This document shows positions 26,901-38,164 of a stretch of 64,000 bases of DNA, in pieces (position 1 is the stretch's first letter; each line of letters opens with the position of its first letter). The stretch covers positions 496,001-560,000 of the forward strand of contig JAQGDQ010000037.1 of NCBI GenBank assembly GCA_030141605.1, read 5' to 3'. The position numbers and the translations under genes were made by a program. The DNA comes from Tubiluchus corallicola. Its lineage: Eukaryota > Animalia > Priapulida. The notes below the pieces were generated by a model. That model made no database searches and was not told where the DNA came from. It saw nothing but the letters and a program-made list of their open reading frames with translations.

Positions 26901-29900
26901 TCTGTTCAACCTAAAAATAAACAAAACAAAAACCAGTTGTATTATAGATATTTGTACTGTACTGCTTAAGAAAAGATAACAGAAGTTGTTAATGGGGTCT
27001 TTTGTAACGATTCTCTCCCACGATTGTTTTGATAGTACATTGCGTTGCTAAAAATACACTGAACTGCAGTATTAGTGTTCAAGTCTGTTTATTTTAAGAT
27101 AGATCGCTCTTGTGTTTTGACTGCTCCAACCATAACAAGTTAATAAGAGATATGAATGATAAGAGATAACTATTTCCAATTAGTGAAACTTTGAAACAGT
27201 TTAAAGCCTGCTTCACCTGAGTTTACAGAGTGACTGCCCAAAAGTTACTGCCTCTGTGTCAGCTTTTTCGTTACTTTTTTAACAGCAAAACTGAATCAGG
27301 AAGCTTTCCAGTTAAATGCCTATATAACCTCAACAAACATTGTTTTTTTAACATACTATTATAGTTACACAAAGAATTTATAGTTACTTTTTGATAAATG
27401 TAACTGATAAATTAAATAACTTACCTTTTTGTGGCGAATTTCGTGAAGTACATATTCCCGTGAAGATCGCCATGTTTCGCGTCTTTGGGCGAGAATGATG
27501 TAAAGAGTGCAGAAAGCATCTTTGATTAACGATATTTGTTTATCATATCAGAGAGGTGACCTTACGACTGCACTCATTACATCATTCATCTCGTGCAACG
27601 AAAAAAATGGCAGTTCTTCAAATTTAATACCGACAATCATGTACAGATAAAAAGGCAAAGAAACTAGTTTTTTTAGAAAGATCATAATAAAATAAATTGA
27701 ATATTCGTAATGAAAGTAGGATTTTAGGTTGTAAGAGCTTATATTATAGTGAAAGTTTAGTTTGACTTTAAGGAAATATACTTTAAGAAAAAAAAAGATA
27801 ACAAGAAATACAATATCAATGACTTCTCAGGAGAAAGAATTGGATAACCTTGCTTTAATTACATATACAGCCACCAACTCATATTTTTTTTCAGTTAAAT
27901 CTATACTCTTATATTAATATTCTTGGTATGGGCTTAATTTATATATATATAAGATTCGAGGCTACAGCTTCGACGACGGCACCATTTGCGGCGATCTATA
28001 TATCAAACGAAAGGTCTCGATCTAGTGTCTTCTCATTGATGGTTTATTTTTCGAATCGGGCCCACCGGGAGGAGGGGGAGGCGAAAAACCCCCAAAAATG
28101 GCCCTTTTTCGGCCGTTTTTTGCAAAAGTTATACGGCTGAGATGTAGAGAACGGGAAAGGGCCGAGGGGTGTGCTGGGTATGGATAGATAGCCCGTTCAG
28201 CGGTGGGTGTAGTAGGTATATTTAGAATTCCCGAGAGGGCCAGGGCGCCCCGCAACGGGCGTTTTCCCGGACCCAACTCGCGATTTTTTCGAAATTTTGA
28301 CCAAACGGCCTGCGGAAAAAACGTTCTAGCGGCGCTTGGTGGGACTCTCGGAAGGAGATATGGGGCTCTTTACAAAGAGGAAGGACAGGGCTACACGATG
28401 ATGTGGGCTATATGTTAGGACAGGTCCACCGAGAGGAGTATCGACGAGTTAATTAGGTGTTCAATTTTCCGCAAATTTCGCAAATTTTCGCTTAGAAAAC
28501 AGTTCTGACCGCATTCCATTGTGCTGACGTCATCCATTGTACTCTGTCTATAACTTTAATTCAGCAAAAAGCTGCTTTGCAACATACAGTAGGCAGGAGT
28601 AAACGCTGCTGGCTTTGCGTTAGGTAAGTAGGCAGGATGTTACGGGCTTTGTGTTATAAATGAGGACTTGGTAGGATGTTCGCGTGTTATTGCTTATACG
28701 TGGTTTTTTCCACAAAATCTTTTGCGGGGCCTTTGCTAGTTGATAAATTAATGTTCAAGAGATAACCAAAATAAACTAGGAGACACAAAGGCAGCATTAT
28801 ATGTTTAAATGAAGAAAATAGTTATATCTTCTGTGGTAACTTTATGTTTGAAAAAACATCCTTTTTCAACGATCCAGGTGCACAATACCTCTGACAAATC
28901 TGATATCAGTTTTCGCTTTTCTCGTTCTAATTGTAGTATTTTCTGATCTGTTTTATGAGTATTGATTCTGTACTTATACTGCTGTGCTTCCATTCTTGCA
29001 CTTTCTTCTTGTTCAGCTAAGAACGTCAGCTTCCTGTGTAGTTCTGCAATCGTTTCTTTATCTTTCTGCAAAATAAATTTTCTGTAATATAATAATGGAG
29101 CAAAAAGTATAAACTAAATTTAATACACTTGGTATTGGATGGGTACAAGTATTCACATTTTCACCTTTTTCTGTAGCCCTTCACCTTGAGTTTCTTCACG
29201 AAAAAATCTCAAATTTGCAAAACAGGCTGTACAACACAAATATTTTCAATTTGAATATATACATTCCACATAGCTGACACAGTGCAAAGTGTTTATAATG
29301 CATCTAAACACGTCAGTAAAAATCATATGTAGCGTGTTTTATTTATATTTCTGTGTGCAGTATAATATTTTTGTCAAGTGCAAATAAAGATAATATGCAA
29401 GAAGTACTTAATGCCATTTATTGTAACTTTTATATCCTAGTACAAATCCAAGAATGTGCACACATGAACTTGTTACATATAGTCCAGGAACACCTTTAAA
29501 TTCTCAAGAAAAATGAAAATGCAATGCATTACACATGATCAGTCGCATGATGAGCAGAATGCATGTTTTAACACTACACATGTTTATGCAGTAGACAGCA
29601 AAATTTTGATAAAAACACCTAACGGCAATGATAACTTTTAAAAATAAAATCAGTTTACCTTTTCTTTCTGGTGTAAAATTTCTACTTTCTTTTCCATTTC
29701 TGTTTTAAAGCACGAATAGTTGGTCTGAAGAACACCCATATCAGTTTCTAGTTTAGCAATGTGTGCTTTGGCTGAAACAAGTTCTGCTTCAAACAGTCTC
29801 TTCTCTGTTTCTGCAAAACACATGAATTTTGTTAGCTATTATATCTCCAAGTATACACTGTCCATAAAATCTAAATCTTACTTTTCAGTGTTCTACCAAA

Positions 29901-30167
29901 AAAGAAAAGCGAATTACACGTGTGTTACATAAAACAATAACAATTCTTACCATCAGCAGATTTGTGAAAAAAGTCAGTTGGTACAGTATCCTCAAGCAAA
30001 CTACTTGTATCAAAGTTGAGGTGACTCGTAACTTCAGGCTTTGCTTCTGGTCTTGCTATATCTGCCTGATGCACTACATTACTACGCGATTCTCTTAAAA
30101 AACTGTCCAGAGTTCCGAGCATCCGAATCACACCAGTGTTGTCCTCCATTGCCTTTCCAGACATCAT
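12906..30167 (-). CDS. MAD1L1: Mitotic spindle assembly checkpoint protein MAD1 (about 522 aa, 11 coding exons)
   Basis: Minus-strand coding exons: 30167-29951, 29810-29659, 29065-28889, 26910-26858, 25209-25138, 24706-24625, 24496-24366, 23712-23598, 23095-22873, 20078-19888, 13061-12906. All junctions are GT-AG with compatible phases; total 1569 nt including TAG. Mad1 hallmarks: N-terminal MEDNTGVIRMLGTLDSFL, Mad2-interaction motif RETKVIHFKMNP, SELKNQRLMEVF, GYQID, NQYRLRSMYAE and C-terminal DSIPAFLSSLTLELFNKQT. Confidence 0.93.
14260..16223 (+). mobile_element. 5'-truncated CR1-clade LINE (RT domain with stops and frameshifts)
   Basis: ORF fragments read KAELLNQYFASVFT, NYRPINLTSVICKLLERII, FQKAFDKV, MFANDMKIY (degenerate FADD), KDLGVYVDSKLTF, LYKTFVRPILDF, VQRRATKLVP, RRKRGDLI and RTVNDWNSL. 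A 3' stem-loop (gggc..agct att agct..gccc, about 16183-16207) and an AGGTAA end follow. Confidence 0.93.
16600..16733 (-). mobile_element. Degenerate tRNA-derived SINE head
   Basis: The minus strand begins GGCGGAGTAGTCATGGTCGAGTGATCTAAG, an A-box-like Pol III motif; the B-box is degraded. Confidence 0.35.
17600..19420 (+). CDS. FOXRED2: FAD-dependent oxidoreductase domain-containing protein 2 (ERFAD) family, single coding exon, 606 aa
   Basis: Uninterrupted ORF with ATG at 17600 and a signal-peptide-like start (MAKVFIVFVLLKVLSDVSC). It has the FAD-binding YCIVGAGPAGLQLGY, a second dinucleotide fold LILGHGNSAFE, and family motifs YPRHRKLISINK, FNLRHDWNSLL, SWETHYVGDLRAVNN, SAGGFIHGYRYT and SNFLHPVLYYY. 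An upstream splice acceptor ends at 17484 and AATAAA lies at 19484-19489. Confidence 0.93.
   Translation: MAKVFIVFVLLKVLSDVSCSELVYHHYCIVGAGPAGLQLGYFLGKADRDYLVLERANTSGSFFMKYPRHRKLISINKRNTGRKNKEFNLRHDWNSLLSDNELLQFKHYSHDFFPDADTYRKYLEDFRERNNVKVQFNTEVNNIRKVSDKDNFKGFFFLMNDQRNNIYKCRTVVMANGVSIPNVPIFKGSEFVEEYADISVDPEDYEAKSLLILGHGNSAFEVADSVIGRTNFIHMLARSRIRLSWETHYVGDLRAVNNALLDTYQLKSLDGIGEADMSEVEIEKIGDQFYLSEASNGGIHVDDNFAFRAPYDKVISCLGFKYDFSIFNSSLPVKVAGSGITKKFPAISHHYESKQVPGLFFAGVNTHSLDVYKSAGGFIHGYRYTVKALYRLLEYRYHGVEWPSISIKSSQIVNFILRRVNEASDIYQMFSILGDIILIKENGESAEYLQGYPIKTLSDFTKLTGKDGGPMIVVTLQYGANFSGPGSDPFRRDRATAQQELAHESNFLHPVLYYYDQVPSANEMTSLLEGQILPKPLFLHHIVEDFLTEFTAPASHIEPLYRFIDAVLGQDTRWRFAEDCFKQALTQSFLPMTCRQYYAQGVGIVA
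20391..20466. repeat. 38-bp tandem duplication (1 mismatch)
   Basis: GAAACTTTTTCATTACTCACTTTGACTATGCRTACTAA occurs at 20391-20428 and 20429-20466. Confidence 0.95.
21200..21485. repeat. CT-rich low-complexity polypyrimidine tract
   Basis: About 280 nt of almost pure C/T; it produces the spurious S/L/F-rich ORFs in the track. Confidence 0.9.
21680..21807 (-). mobile_element. Helentron-associated (HINE/DINE-like) element fragment
   Basis: The minus strand reads TTACCTCCGACAAAGAAGTTATG followed by a GTTT/GTCT-like microsatellite, close to the widespread TTACCTCCGCCAAGGAGGTTATG terminus (recalled). Confidence 0.55.
23839..23993. repeat. Compound (GT)n/(TA)n microsatellite
   Basis: Visible dinucleotide runs. 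Confidence 0.9.
25280..25703 (+). mobile_element. TTAA-flanked MITE (Kolobok-like), copy A
   Basis: Ends are TTAA|AG (25276-81) and CT|TTAA (25702-07). It is homologous along its length to the reverse complement of 27316-27767. Confidence 0.7.
27316..27767 (-). mobile_element. TTAA-flanked MITE (Kolobok-like), copy B, inverted relative to copy A
   Basis: TTAA at 27312-15 and 27768-71. It shares blocks with copy A in reverse complement, e.g. GCGAAACATGGCGATCTT, TACAACCTAAAATCCTA, TTAAATTTGAAGAAC. Confidence 0.7.
27938..28739 (+). mobile_element. Non-autonomous Helitron
   Basis: 5' end A|TTTATATATATATAAG (TC start mutated to TT). The 3' end has a hairpin CCACAAAA-TC-TTTTGCGG (28710-28727) followed by CTAG|T (28736-40). 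No TSD; GC/CpG-rich relative to the flanks. Confidence 0.7.
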
Positions 30168-30699
30168 TGTAACTATTATCTAAATTTGTAAGAAAAATCT
30201 GTTGTAACCTTCCAATAAAGGCATGCAGACACAGTTAGAAGACGAGAAAATTCACGAAAAATAAAAGATAACAGAATTTGTGCAAAAATATTCTAGTTGC
30301 TTAAATTTTATCATATTCGTCGTGAGCTTCTAACAGTACATTGACTTGACACAATGCTTCTGGACATTGTGAAGTAAATGTGAATTAATTTTATAAAAAA
30401 TTTCACTGATGAAGATGGAACTTTTCCATTTTCAATGACTGGGTCGAACAGCAGCTACACACACTACAGCTACAGAATTTAATTATTTAAAATTTTCATA
30501 TCACTCCACTTAATAAAACAAACATTTTGTAAGTGTGCACTATATGTGAAGTTCTATCATTTTCATCTTCATCTAGTATCATATCGTATTTGCAACATTG
30601 ACAACCAGATATACTGCTCACTGCTGTACTGTCACAAATAGGGGTTAAGTAAATACACTCATTGAAAACCCATATTTTCCTACAAAGTAATTGTTACAA

Positions 30700-32790
30700 A
30701 ATTATAAAGATTAAACTTTAGTGGGTTTGGTGTGACAATCATCATGGTAGGAAAGTTATTCCACTCATTCACCATTTTCACAATAAATAAATACAATAGG
30801 CGCTGCTTAATAGACTCGCTTTGGGATGGAAGTGCTTTGACCCAATTAACCAACTGAATCCATTAAGCGACAGATGTAGTATCACTAGTACAGAAGTACG
30901 AAACACCAGCTTATTATGCCTGCAAAGGCTTTTAAGAACTTTAGAAACGAAGTAAGGTAGTTATTTAAAAATATTAGTTCATAAAGTGGATTAATGAAAA
31001 AAAAATAAAAAGTTTACTTTTATAAATCACAAGTCTGTTTATTTACAAAATTTTTTTCAAGGTCAGCTGCTTCATTTTTTAGCGAAAAAGTTGAGTCACA
31101 AAGTTCTCACAATGATAAAAACGTCGAAAATCTCTTGCTGTATGATACACAAATGCTTGCAAAATATTTAGTGCTTGGCATGCTTGAACTGCAGATGGTA
31201 GCACCCGTTTCTCCGTAAGTGGCTTTGTCTGCAGTTTCGTATAAGTTCCCGCTAGCTATTGACAATTTCATCATCGGTTAATTGCAAGGCGACCTGTGTA
31301 GCCGAATAAATTTCAACCCAGGCTTAAAATGCATCATTGTTCATATCAGGTGGAGCAGCTAGACCTATCTCTTGCAATGCAAGAATTTCGTTGTCAGCTT
31401 CATTCACACAAATAAAACTAGCATGAGTGAAGCAGTTCTGAATAGTGTGTTCTCAGTAACATTACTCCAGGACATAGCCATAATTGCAGTGTATCGAGAA
31501 GGCTGTTTTTAGCCAGCTCATTTGCGTTTAATTGAGAAGGTGCTATCAGAATTATTCTCGTCTAAAACTACGTTTTTTCTTTTCTGGAGTCAGCGTTTAG
31601 TGTTCGAATAAAGCCTTGATCACACGGTAGAATGAGCGATGCAGTGTTTGCTGGTAAAACACAACTTTACCGTGTTTTAATAATGCATTAACTACATTGG
31701 TAGTGTAATTGTCTACCAGTAAAAAGATGTTTCGCTTTAAGCTTGCATTTCACCAACCATTCACTAAACAACACAACTGTCACCCAAGCATTCGAACTTG
31801 CACAGTAATCTACTGGTAACTTTGCAACACCTTCTTGTGCTGTACCTGCACCCCTGGCATAACAGCAATAGCTAACTGATAACATTCTGTGAGAGCTTCA
31901 AAAGCAAACCACTAGGCAAGTGATTAATGTGTTTAGCTTTCATGGTAACGAAGTTAATTGCAGTGGGCCGCACGCGGATCAAAGCAAAACCAATAGGCTA
32001 GCATATCAGTGTATGATAAACGTTCCTACTTACAAACAAAACAGTACAGAGCATGATTGTTTCTATGCATATTAAAGCACAAAAGCGAACTAAGATTACA
32101 TAAAAAAGTTATAAAAGCTTATTGGTCACACAAAAATTTCTTACTGAAGCATGTGAAGCAAAAATATTGAGTCAATTATGTGGAGTTATTTGAGTCTATT
32201 ATCGGTAGTTTTTATATATACTTAAAGAGAAGTGGCCCGTACCAGGTGTTTTCGAGTCAATTAAGCAACTGAATCTATTAACAGTGAGTCTAATAAATGG
32301 CATCTACTATATTAAAAAAAGTCAAGACATGGCCTTTCCTAGTTTCTGAATCAACAACATTTTCTTTTGCAGTCCGAATTTTATAAATTTTAATAAGATC
32401 TCTGTGGAGTCTTCTTAATTCAAATGTGGATAAATTGCAATACTCAATCTTTCTAAATGTGTGAGATTCTTGCAACCAAATACTATTTTTGTAACATGCA
32501 TTTACATTGCTTTCACAAACAACACGTCTTTCCGATAATGAGGCTTCTAAAGCTGTACAGTCTACTCTAGATGGTGTCTAATTAAGCCAAAATATAATTT
32601 CAATATAACCTCTTTATTTCAAGAAACGATGTGCCTCTTTACTACCTCCTAAACCTTATTAGCTTCTTTAACCAACAGCAACGCATTGCTGGGAAAATTT
32701 TAAGTCTCATGTTATTATCACACCAAAATATTTTTACTATCTGTATATTATTTTGTGCTGAGTATGAATACGACACTGGATCACGAGACT
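30700..32790 (-). mobile_element. Old CR1 LINE 3' fragment interrupted by a pogo/Tigger element
   Basis: The right part (32312-32790) translates to KEANKV..KEVILKLYFGLIRHHLE and LSTFELRRLHRDLIKIYKI..RKGH. The left part (30700-30791) continues with KMVNEWNNFP, the next CR1 ORF2 motif. Confidence 0.7.
30794..32309 (-). mobile_element. pogo/Tigger-family DNA transposon (Tc1/mariner superfamily), defective, retains DDE remnant
   Basis: TA flanks at 30792-93 and 32310-11, with degenerate 26-bp TIRs (CAATAGGCGCTGCTTAATAGACTCGC / GTGAGTCTAATAAATGGCATCTACTA). Transposase remnants: LPVDYCASSNAWVTVVLFSEWL and NTASLILPCDQGFIRTL. Confidence 0.85.
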
Positions 32791-32799
32791 TTACCTTGC

Positions 32800-33300
32800 C
32801 ATTAATGTGAAAAATGAAATCTGGTTACACCATTACAAAAGTTTCTTAGTGACATAATGAAGAAACGATGCCACTTTACTACAATCCCGGTCACGGGCGA
32901 TTTTTGGTGAGCAATCACCTTATGCTCCCTGGCACGATGTGTTAATGAATCGGAGAAAGCAATGTACCGGCAGATCTGTCCTTTACTTCCTGAAGGCCGC
33001 CTAATCCGCCGAAAACACACCATTCGTCTGACACGGCTGCGGTTATATTTTTGCTTGGAAATAATTGATTTGTCAAGCTGGACAATCATGCCTTGTCCCC
33101 AATCTGTTGCTGGTCCTTGAGAAGCAGGCGGAGCACACATCCCTCAAACACTGGTACCATTGCACCACTACTAAAGGCGTAACTCCTACCACGCAGCAGG
33201 CAGTATGTATGACCTGTAGTGTGGTAGGAGTCCAAAAATACTCTATATCGCTTTCTGTCCAAATCATCTATATCGTTTTTCTATAGACACCTTTCTGTCC
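32800..33300 (-). mobile_element. Merlin (IS1595/ISXO2-like) transposase remnant
   Basis: Overlapping frames give YFW...GVTPLVVVQWYQCLRDVCS and GQGMIVQLDKSIISKQKYNRSR, matching Merlin 'VVQWY..RDVCS...G.IVQIDES...KRKYNRGR'. Confidence 0.7.
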
Positions 33301-33703
33301 AAAAATACTCTATATCGCTTGCAGCAATTTAATTATTTACTCAGGTTAAAGTACACTTATGATCATATGGTATTTTAATCAACAATATTTGTATTATATT
33401 AACATTAACTCATCCGACCACTGGTGACGCTTGGCACGCAGTCAACTGATTTAGGATTTCGGACCAAATATATCGTAAGAGCAGCGCGGATCGTCATAAT
33501 ACCCCAAGCAGACAAATCGAATAGGTGATTATTCGGCGAAAATCGGTTCTAACAGAGTACGGAAACGACGTGAAATAGTAATTACAAGTTTTTTTTTCAA
33601 TTTTATTATAATATATTATATTACACCTAGTATTTCGTAATAGTAGTAATTATTTATATTATTAATTATTATTTTCAGCCGAGAAGCAGTTTTGACTGTT
33701 CAC

Positions 33704-33960
33704 CTTGATGCAAAAAGGTACAAGCACTAGACTGAACAAACAACAACGAGAAAGCGAGTTCACACAAATCTCGTTATCTAGATGAAGAGCAAATGGATTT
33801 TTTTTTGCAAATTAAAGTTAAACTCAGCTCAAAATTAAACCAGAAATCTCATGTTTTCGAGTCTCGCAACTCGCGCCCGAGAGAAACTTTGTAATGCTGT
33901 AAATACAAGTCAGGTTTCACGTCAGTTTCATTTGTTTGCACAAATACTGACGACAACGAC
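33704..33960 (-). promoter_or_regulatory. Candidate promoter / non-coding exon 1 of MAD1L1
   Basis: A CpG-enriched patch (CTCGGGCGCGAGTTGCGAGA on the minus strand, TGACGTG) with a possible donor AAG|GTGAAC at 33704/33703. The ATG exon has an acceptor at 30180-81, so an upstream exon is needed. Confidence 0.35.
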
Positions 33961-34861
33961 GACGGAACAAATATTGTATCCAGCAGTTAGAGGATGAAAA
34001 ATTATTCTTCATGAATACATCTTAAGAAATTCGTCCTGAAATACAAGCGAAGCTGCCGTGACATGATGCAGATGTATAAACCAGTGCAATGGGATAGACA
34101 GACTACATTGGTATGGGCATGCAAGCATACACCACATACAACTGTTTGGAAAAACCGGTAGACATGCAGTCAAACATACAAATTTAGCTCAATTAGAGGC
34201 TATAGTTGGTTAAACACAGGCAAAATCACCAAAAGACGCAATGCTCCTAACAAGCTTTTTTTGGAGCAGCATAGCTCAGCTATTATACGAACTCCTCTGC
34301 TGGTGGCATCTTTGTAAATCTTTTAGTAACAACGATGTACTAAGAGAAGTAGAGGAAATGTAAACTATGGATTGAGGTTTTGTATCACTTATGCACGTGT
34401 TGTCTCATTACACACAGAGCTTGCGTTAGCAGTAACGCTGTATAAAACTTGTAAATTTAAACTCCCATGATAGCCGTTAGGTGGACCCATTTTAACGGTA
34501 AGTCATTCGAAAGAAGTTTAGATAACATTGTGTAAAATTTGAGAAAATAACCAGAGCATTCATACAGTCATACCACACATTAGGTGAATAAAATTACTTT
34601 ATATTGTCAACAAGATCAATAAAGTATTTCTTGGGAGCCAGTGATGCAAACTGGCATGATGATACAGTGATGTTTAACCAGTTGACATGAATATTATAAA
34701 TTATTAAGTTTTTTTCTAATTACATAAGTAGGTTTTAAAACAGGTAAGTGTTATTTTAATAATGCAACATTGTATAGAATTTTTTTGGGATGTTCACTAA
34801 AATTCCTTTTTCTTCCTCTTTAAAGTATAACCATGACTATACAAAGTAATTTTACTTTTTT

Positions 34862-35185
34862 CAGATAGTTAAAAGTGTGGTAAGACGATACGAATGCTCA
34901 GATTATTTTTTAAAGTTTGCACGTTATCTAAACTTGCTTCAAATGATTTATCGTTCAAATGATTGTGACCAATGTCATCGTGAGAGTTTAATTTACAGTA
35001 CAAATTACCTAATTTACCTTGACAATACAAAGTAGTTTTATTTTTTTTTAGTTAGCTAAGAGTGTGAATTCGAATGCTCTGATTATTTTTTCAAAGCTTA
35101 CACAGTGTTATCTAAACTTGTTTCAAATGACTTATCCTTAAAATGGCTCTGCCTAAGGGTAATCGCGACAGTTTAAATTTACAAC
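34862..35185. repeat. Diverged tandem duplication, period about 185 bp
   Basis: Shared blocks CGAATGCTCWGATTATTTTTT and GTTATCTAAACTTG.TTCAAATGA occur at about 34890-34950 and 35070-35135. Confidence 0.8.
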
Positions 35186-36394
35186 ATGTCTACAGTTTTA
35201 GTGTTAACTCAAGCCCTCTTTGCAAAAAGACAATAATGATATAAATTTCAAAGACTAATCTTTTAAGTTTTGAATATTATGAAAAGCAATTTCGTGTATT
35301 TTAAAGCAAAGGACATATGCCATGTAGCCTGTTAGGTTCATTTTACAATTACACTACATTTGGTTGTAGAGCCTCAGATGAGTTGGAAGTTCACATGTAT
35401 GAGTGGGAGAAGTGTGAGAACAAAGAAAGATTTTAGCCTTCGGGTTATGTTAAGATGATTTAAATACTTTTGTGGTTCCATGAGCTACTAAGATGAGCTG
35501 GGCGACATAATTCAGTTGCATTTTTTAGTTTGGGAATGACATTTGCTACATTACAAAGCTAGCCTAGCTGGAATAGCTGGGAACATAAATAGCATTATCG
35601 TTTGATAGTAATTATTGTAACAATGTGTTTTGATATTACATGTTACCACGGTGGCCCGGAGCTTTTGGATTGTTTCATAATTTTTATAATGTTTATGACT
35701 TGTAATAATTATGTGAAATGTTACTAGCTCAAAGCTGAATGATTTGGTTGGTGTTTTGTCACGATCTGCCGTGAAAAAGAGCCTGTTATATTAGTCTCAT
35801 TTTGCACAAGGGCCCCTTTATATTCTCGCATCTGCAAAAATTCTGATTAGTATGTTTGTAATGCCCTTGTCAAGTTCATACCTGAAGTCCATTGCCAAAC
35901 ACAAAGAACATTGATCTATTTTGTATGTTTCCTTCAGATTTAAATGTTGTGCATGGAAGCGACATAAAAATTATTGTTTATTTCTCATCTTTCAATTGTC
36001 ATACATGTTTCAGTGACTTGTGCTATCAATCATCTTCCTCATCTCCCGATTTTCACTTGAAATTTTGTCATCTCCATAGTTAAATTACAATGGTTATTAC
36101 TTTCCTTAAGGAGTTACATGTGCAGATTAAGAAAGTTGCAGCCAATGTTGCATTTGCACATTACTTCAGTGGACAAGCCATTTGGGCATGACCATTTAGG
36201 GTGCGGCCATTTGAGCACCAAACACTTGGGCGCTATAATGCCCAGAGTCTCCACACACCATTAATATGAGGTTCTGTTAGTTTCGTTTCTATTTTGATGT
36301 TTTCTATTTCATCTTTGCTTCTTGTTATCCATGCAATGTTATCAGCATTTTCTGTGCCTATGGTGGCAAAATACTTCGTTTGATTTGTATAATT

Positions 36395-36800
36395 CTATTC
36401 TGACACGTACCACACCTGACAGCAGGTTCCAAAATTGTTTAATTCCATGTGATCACAAAGTTCTTTTCTTGATATAATGTTCGTGTCCATTAATGCTATA
36501 GCAAGATAATAAAGAGAGAAGGGCTTGTATGCAATCTCATTGAGGTATTTCTTCAATTGTTTACAAGTGGAAAATGAGCCACTCACTCTGATATCACATC
36601 TAGCACAAATTAGGATATTTTCCACTAACACAGATATCATAACAACTATGAATTTCAACAAGATTAAATATTTCTTGTAGTTATTATAGTTATGCAGTGT
36701 ATTTCTTTGTAGTGAGTTAAACGCTTTGGACATGTCCATGAGTAGTCTGAAATGGCCTTTTATGGTAGGATCTTGCAAGACTGAGCAAGTTCTGTCGTAT
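36395..36800 (-). mobile_element. Highly decayed non-LTR reverse transcriptase fragment
   Basis: LLMDMSKAFNSLQR resembles the RT motif 'DxSKAFD', with downstream residues spaced like the following RT motifs. Confidence 0.5.
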
Positions 36801-36894
36801 TTCTGGCAGGCTGATTGGCAATGGCAGCTGTTTGACTTTTTGAAATACATAGAGTACATCAAAGAGCATTTATATCTATGAGCATGCTGTACAA

Positions 36895-37134
36895 AATACA
36901 CGCGTGATCAAAGGTGGCACCAACGGGCTTCCGTAATTTAAGTTCAGCGCGATTATAGTCAATTTAGATGGAAAATTGAAATTAATTTATTTATCACCAT
37001 CGAAATACTAGAAATTAGTACAACAATAAAATAAAGAAAAGTCTAATTATCATAGGTTACACAATAACGGCGCGAAAACCCCAAATTTCGATATATCGCT
37101 GAACTAGTGAAGGTGCGGCGAGTGAACGTACCAG
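36895..37134 (+). promoter_or_regulatory. Candidate promoter / non-coding exon 1 of KPTN
   Basis: A CpG-rich patch with GGCGCGAAAA (E2F-type, 37069-37078) and a consensus donor CAG|GTAAGT at 37134/37135. The KPTN ATG directly follows an acceptor, so an upstream exon is required. Confidence 0.45.
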
Positions 37135-37451
37135 GTAAGTTATTTAATTAGCCACCTCTTATTGAAACTAAGTAAAATAACTAAAAACTTTCGTGCAGGT
37201 AGTTGTAAATTCATTTATTGCTCGAGTTCGTCCCACTTTACTACCACATTCGACAGCCCTTATTATAAATTAGATACTCTTTATAGTAACAGTATATATC
37301 AATTTCTGACTCTTCGTCTACTTTAATACAAACTGTCTTTAGAACCATTATGTAAATGTGTGATGTTATTGCCTATTTTCGACGAAAACCAGAGATCATC
37401 GCGATCTCTGAGACGCGACTTACCCCAAATACCACTTTTTCATGCAATATA

Positions 37452-38164
37452 CCGGTGTTCGGAGCGGAGTAGGACACTAGCCGAAGTAGGACAATGGGCG
37501 TACATGGGCTGCCCAACTAGGACACTAGAGACATAAATTGAGCCGTAAACCGTATTGGCAGTGTCCGTTGTCCTTGTTTATTTAATAATAATAATTGAAA
37601 ACGTTCAATACACTTTGAATAATTTTTTATACATCTGATAAAATGAAAGAATTTATTCTGAGCTAGTAGAACGGCTAATATTAATCTTTTTGAAGTGAAA
37701 TAAACCCGCTTTTTAGGCGATTCCAACATTTGCTTAAGATATATAAATTTTTATTTTGTCTCGCTTCACAGATAGGTGTTTCACTACCTCTTGGACAAAT
37801 AATTGTTCGCTACTATAAGTAAACGGGCTAGCGAGCTATGTGTCTTACATTGTTTCTCTCTTTAAAGCATTAGATACTTAGTTTAATGTTATGATGATAT
37901 TAATGGAGCTAATAAAAATGATGTTATTGTAAAAATACCTTTGCAAATTGTCGAGGACTGCCCATTATTATTATGAAGTTATTTTTTTCTAAAACAAATT
38001 AATTTTTATGTTTTATTATGTCTTAATTTTCGATTCTTGACAGAATTCGCCAATGCCCTACTTGGGCTGCCCATGTACGGCCTCCTTTTCCGCAAATTTA
38101 GCACATGCCCGTCAGCGGAAGTGTCGTACTTCGGCTAGTGGCGTATTCTGCGCCATACAACCGG
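37452..38164. mobile_element. TIR MITE (Tc1/mariner-pogo-like)
   Basis: Left end CCGG...CACTAGCCGAAGTAGGACA versus right end TGTCGTACTTCGGCTAGTG...CCGG. Subterminal CGTACATGGGCTGCCCAA is inverted as TTGGGCTGCCCATGTACG. TA on the left flank. Confidence 0.75.

Noticed and set aside
27217-27290. Possible extra MAD1L1 exon
   Set aside because: Stop codon in the required phase.
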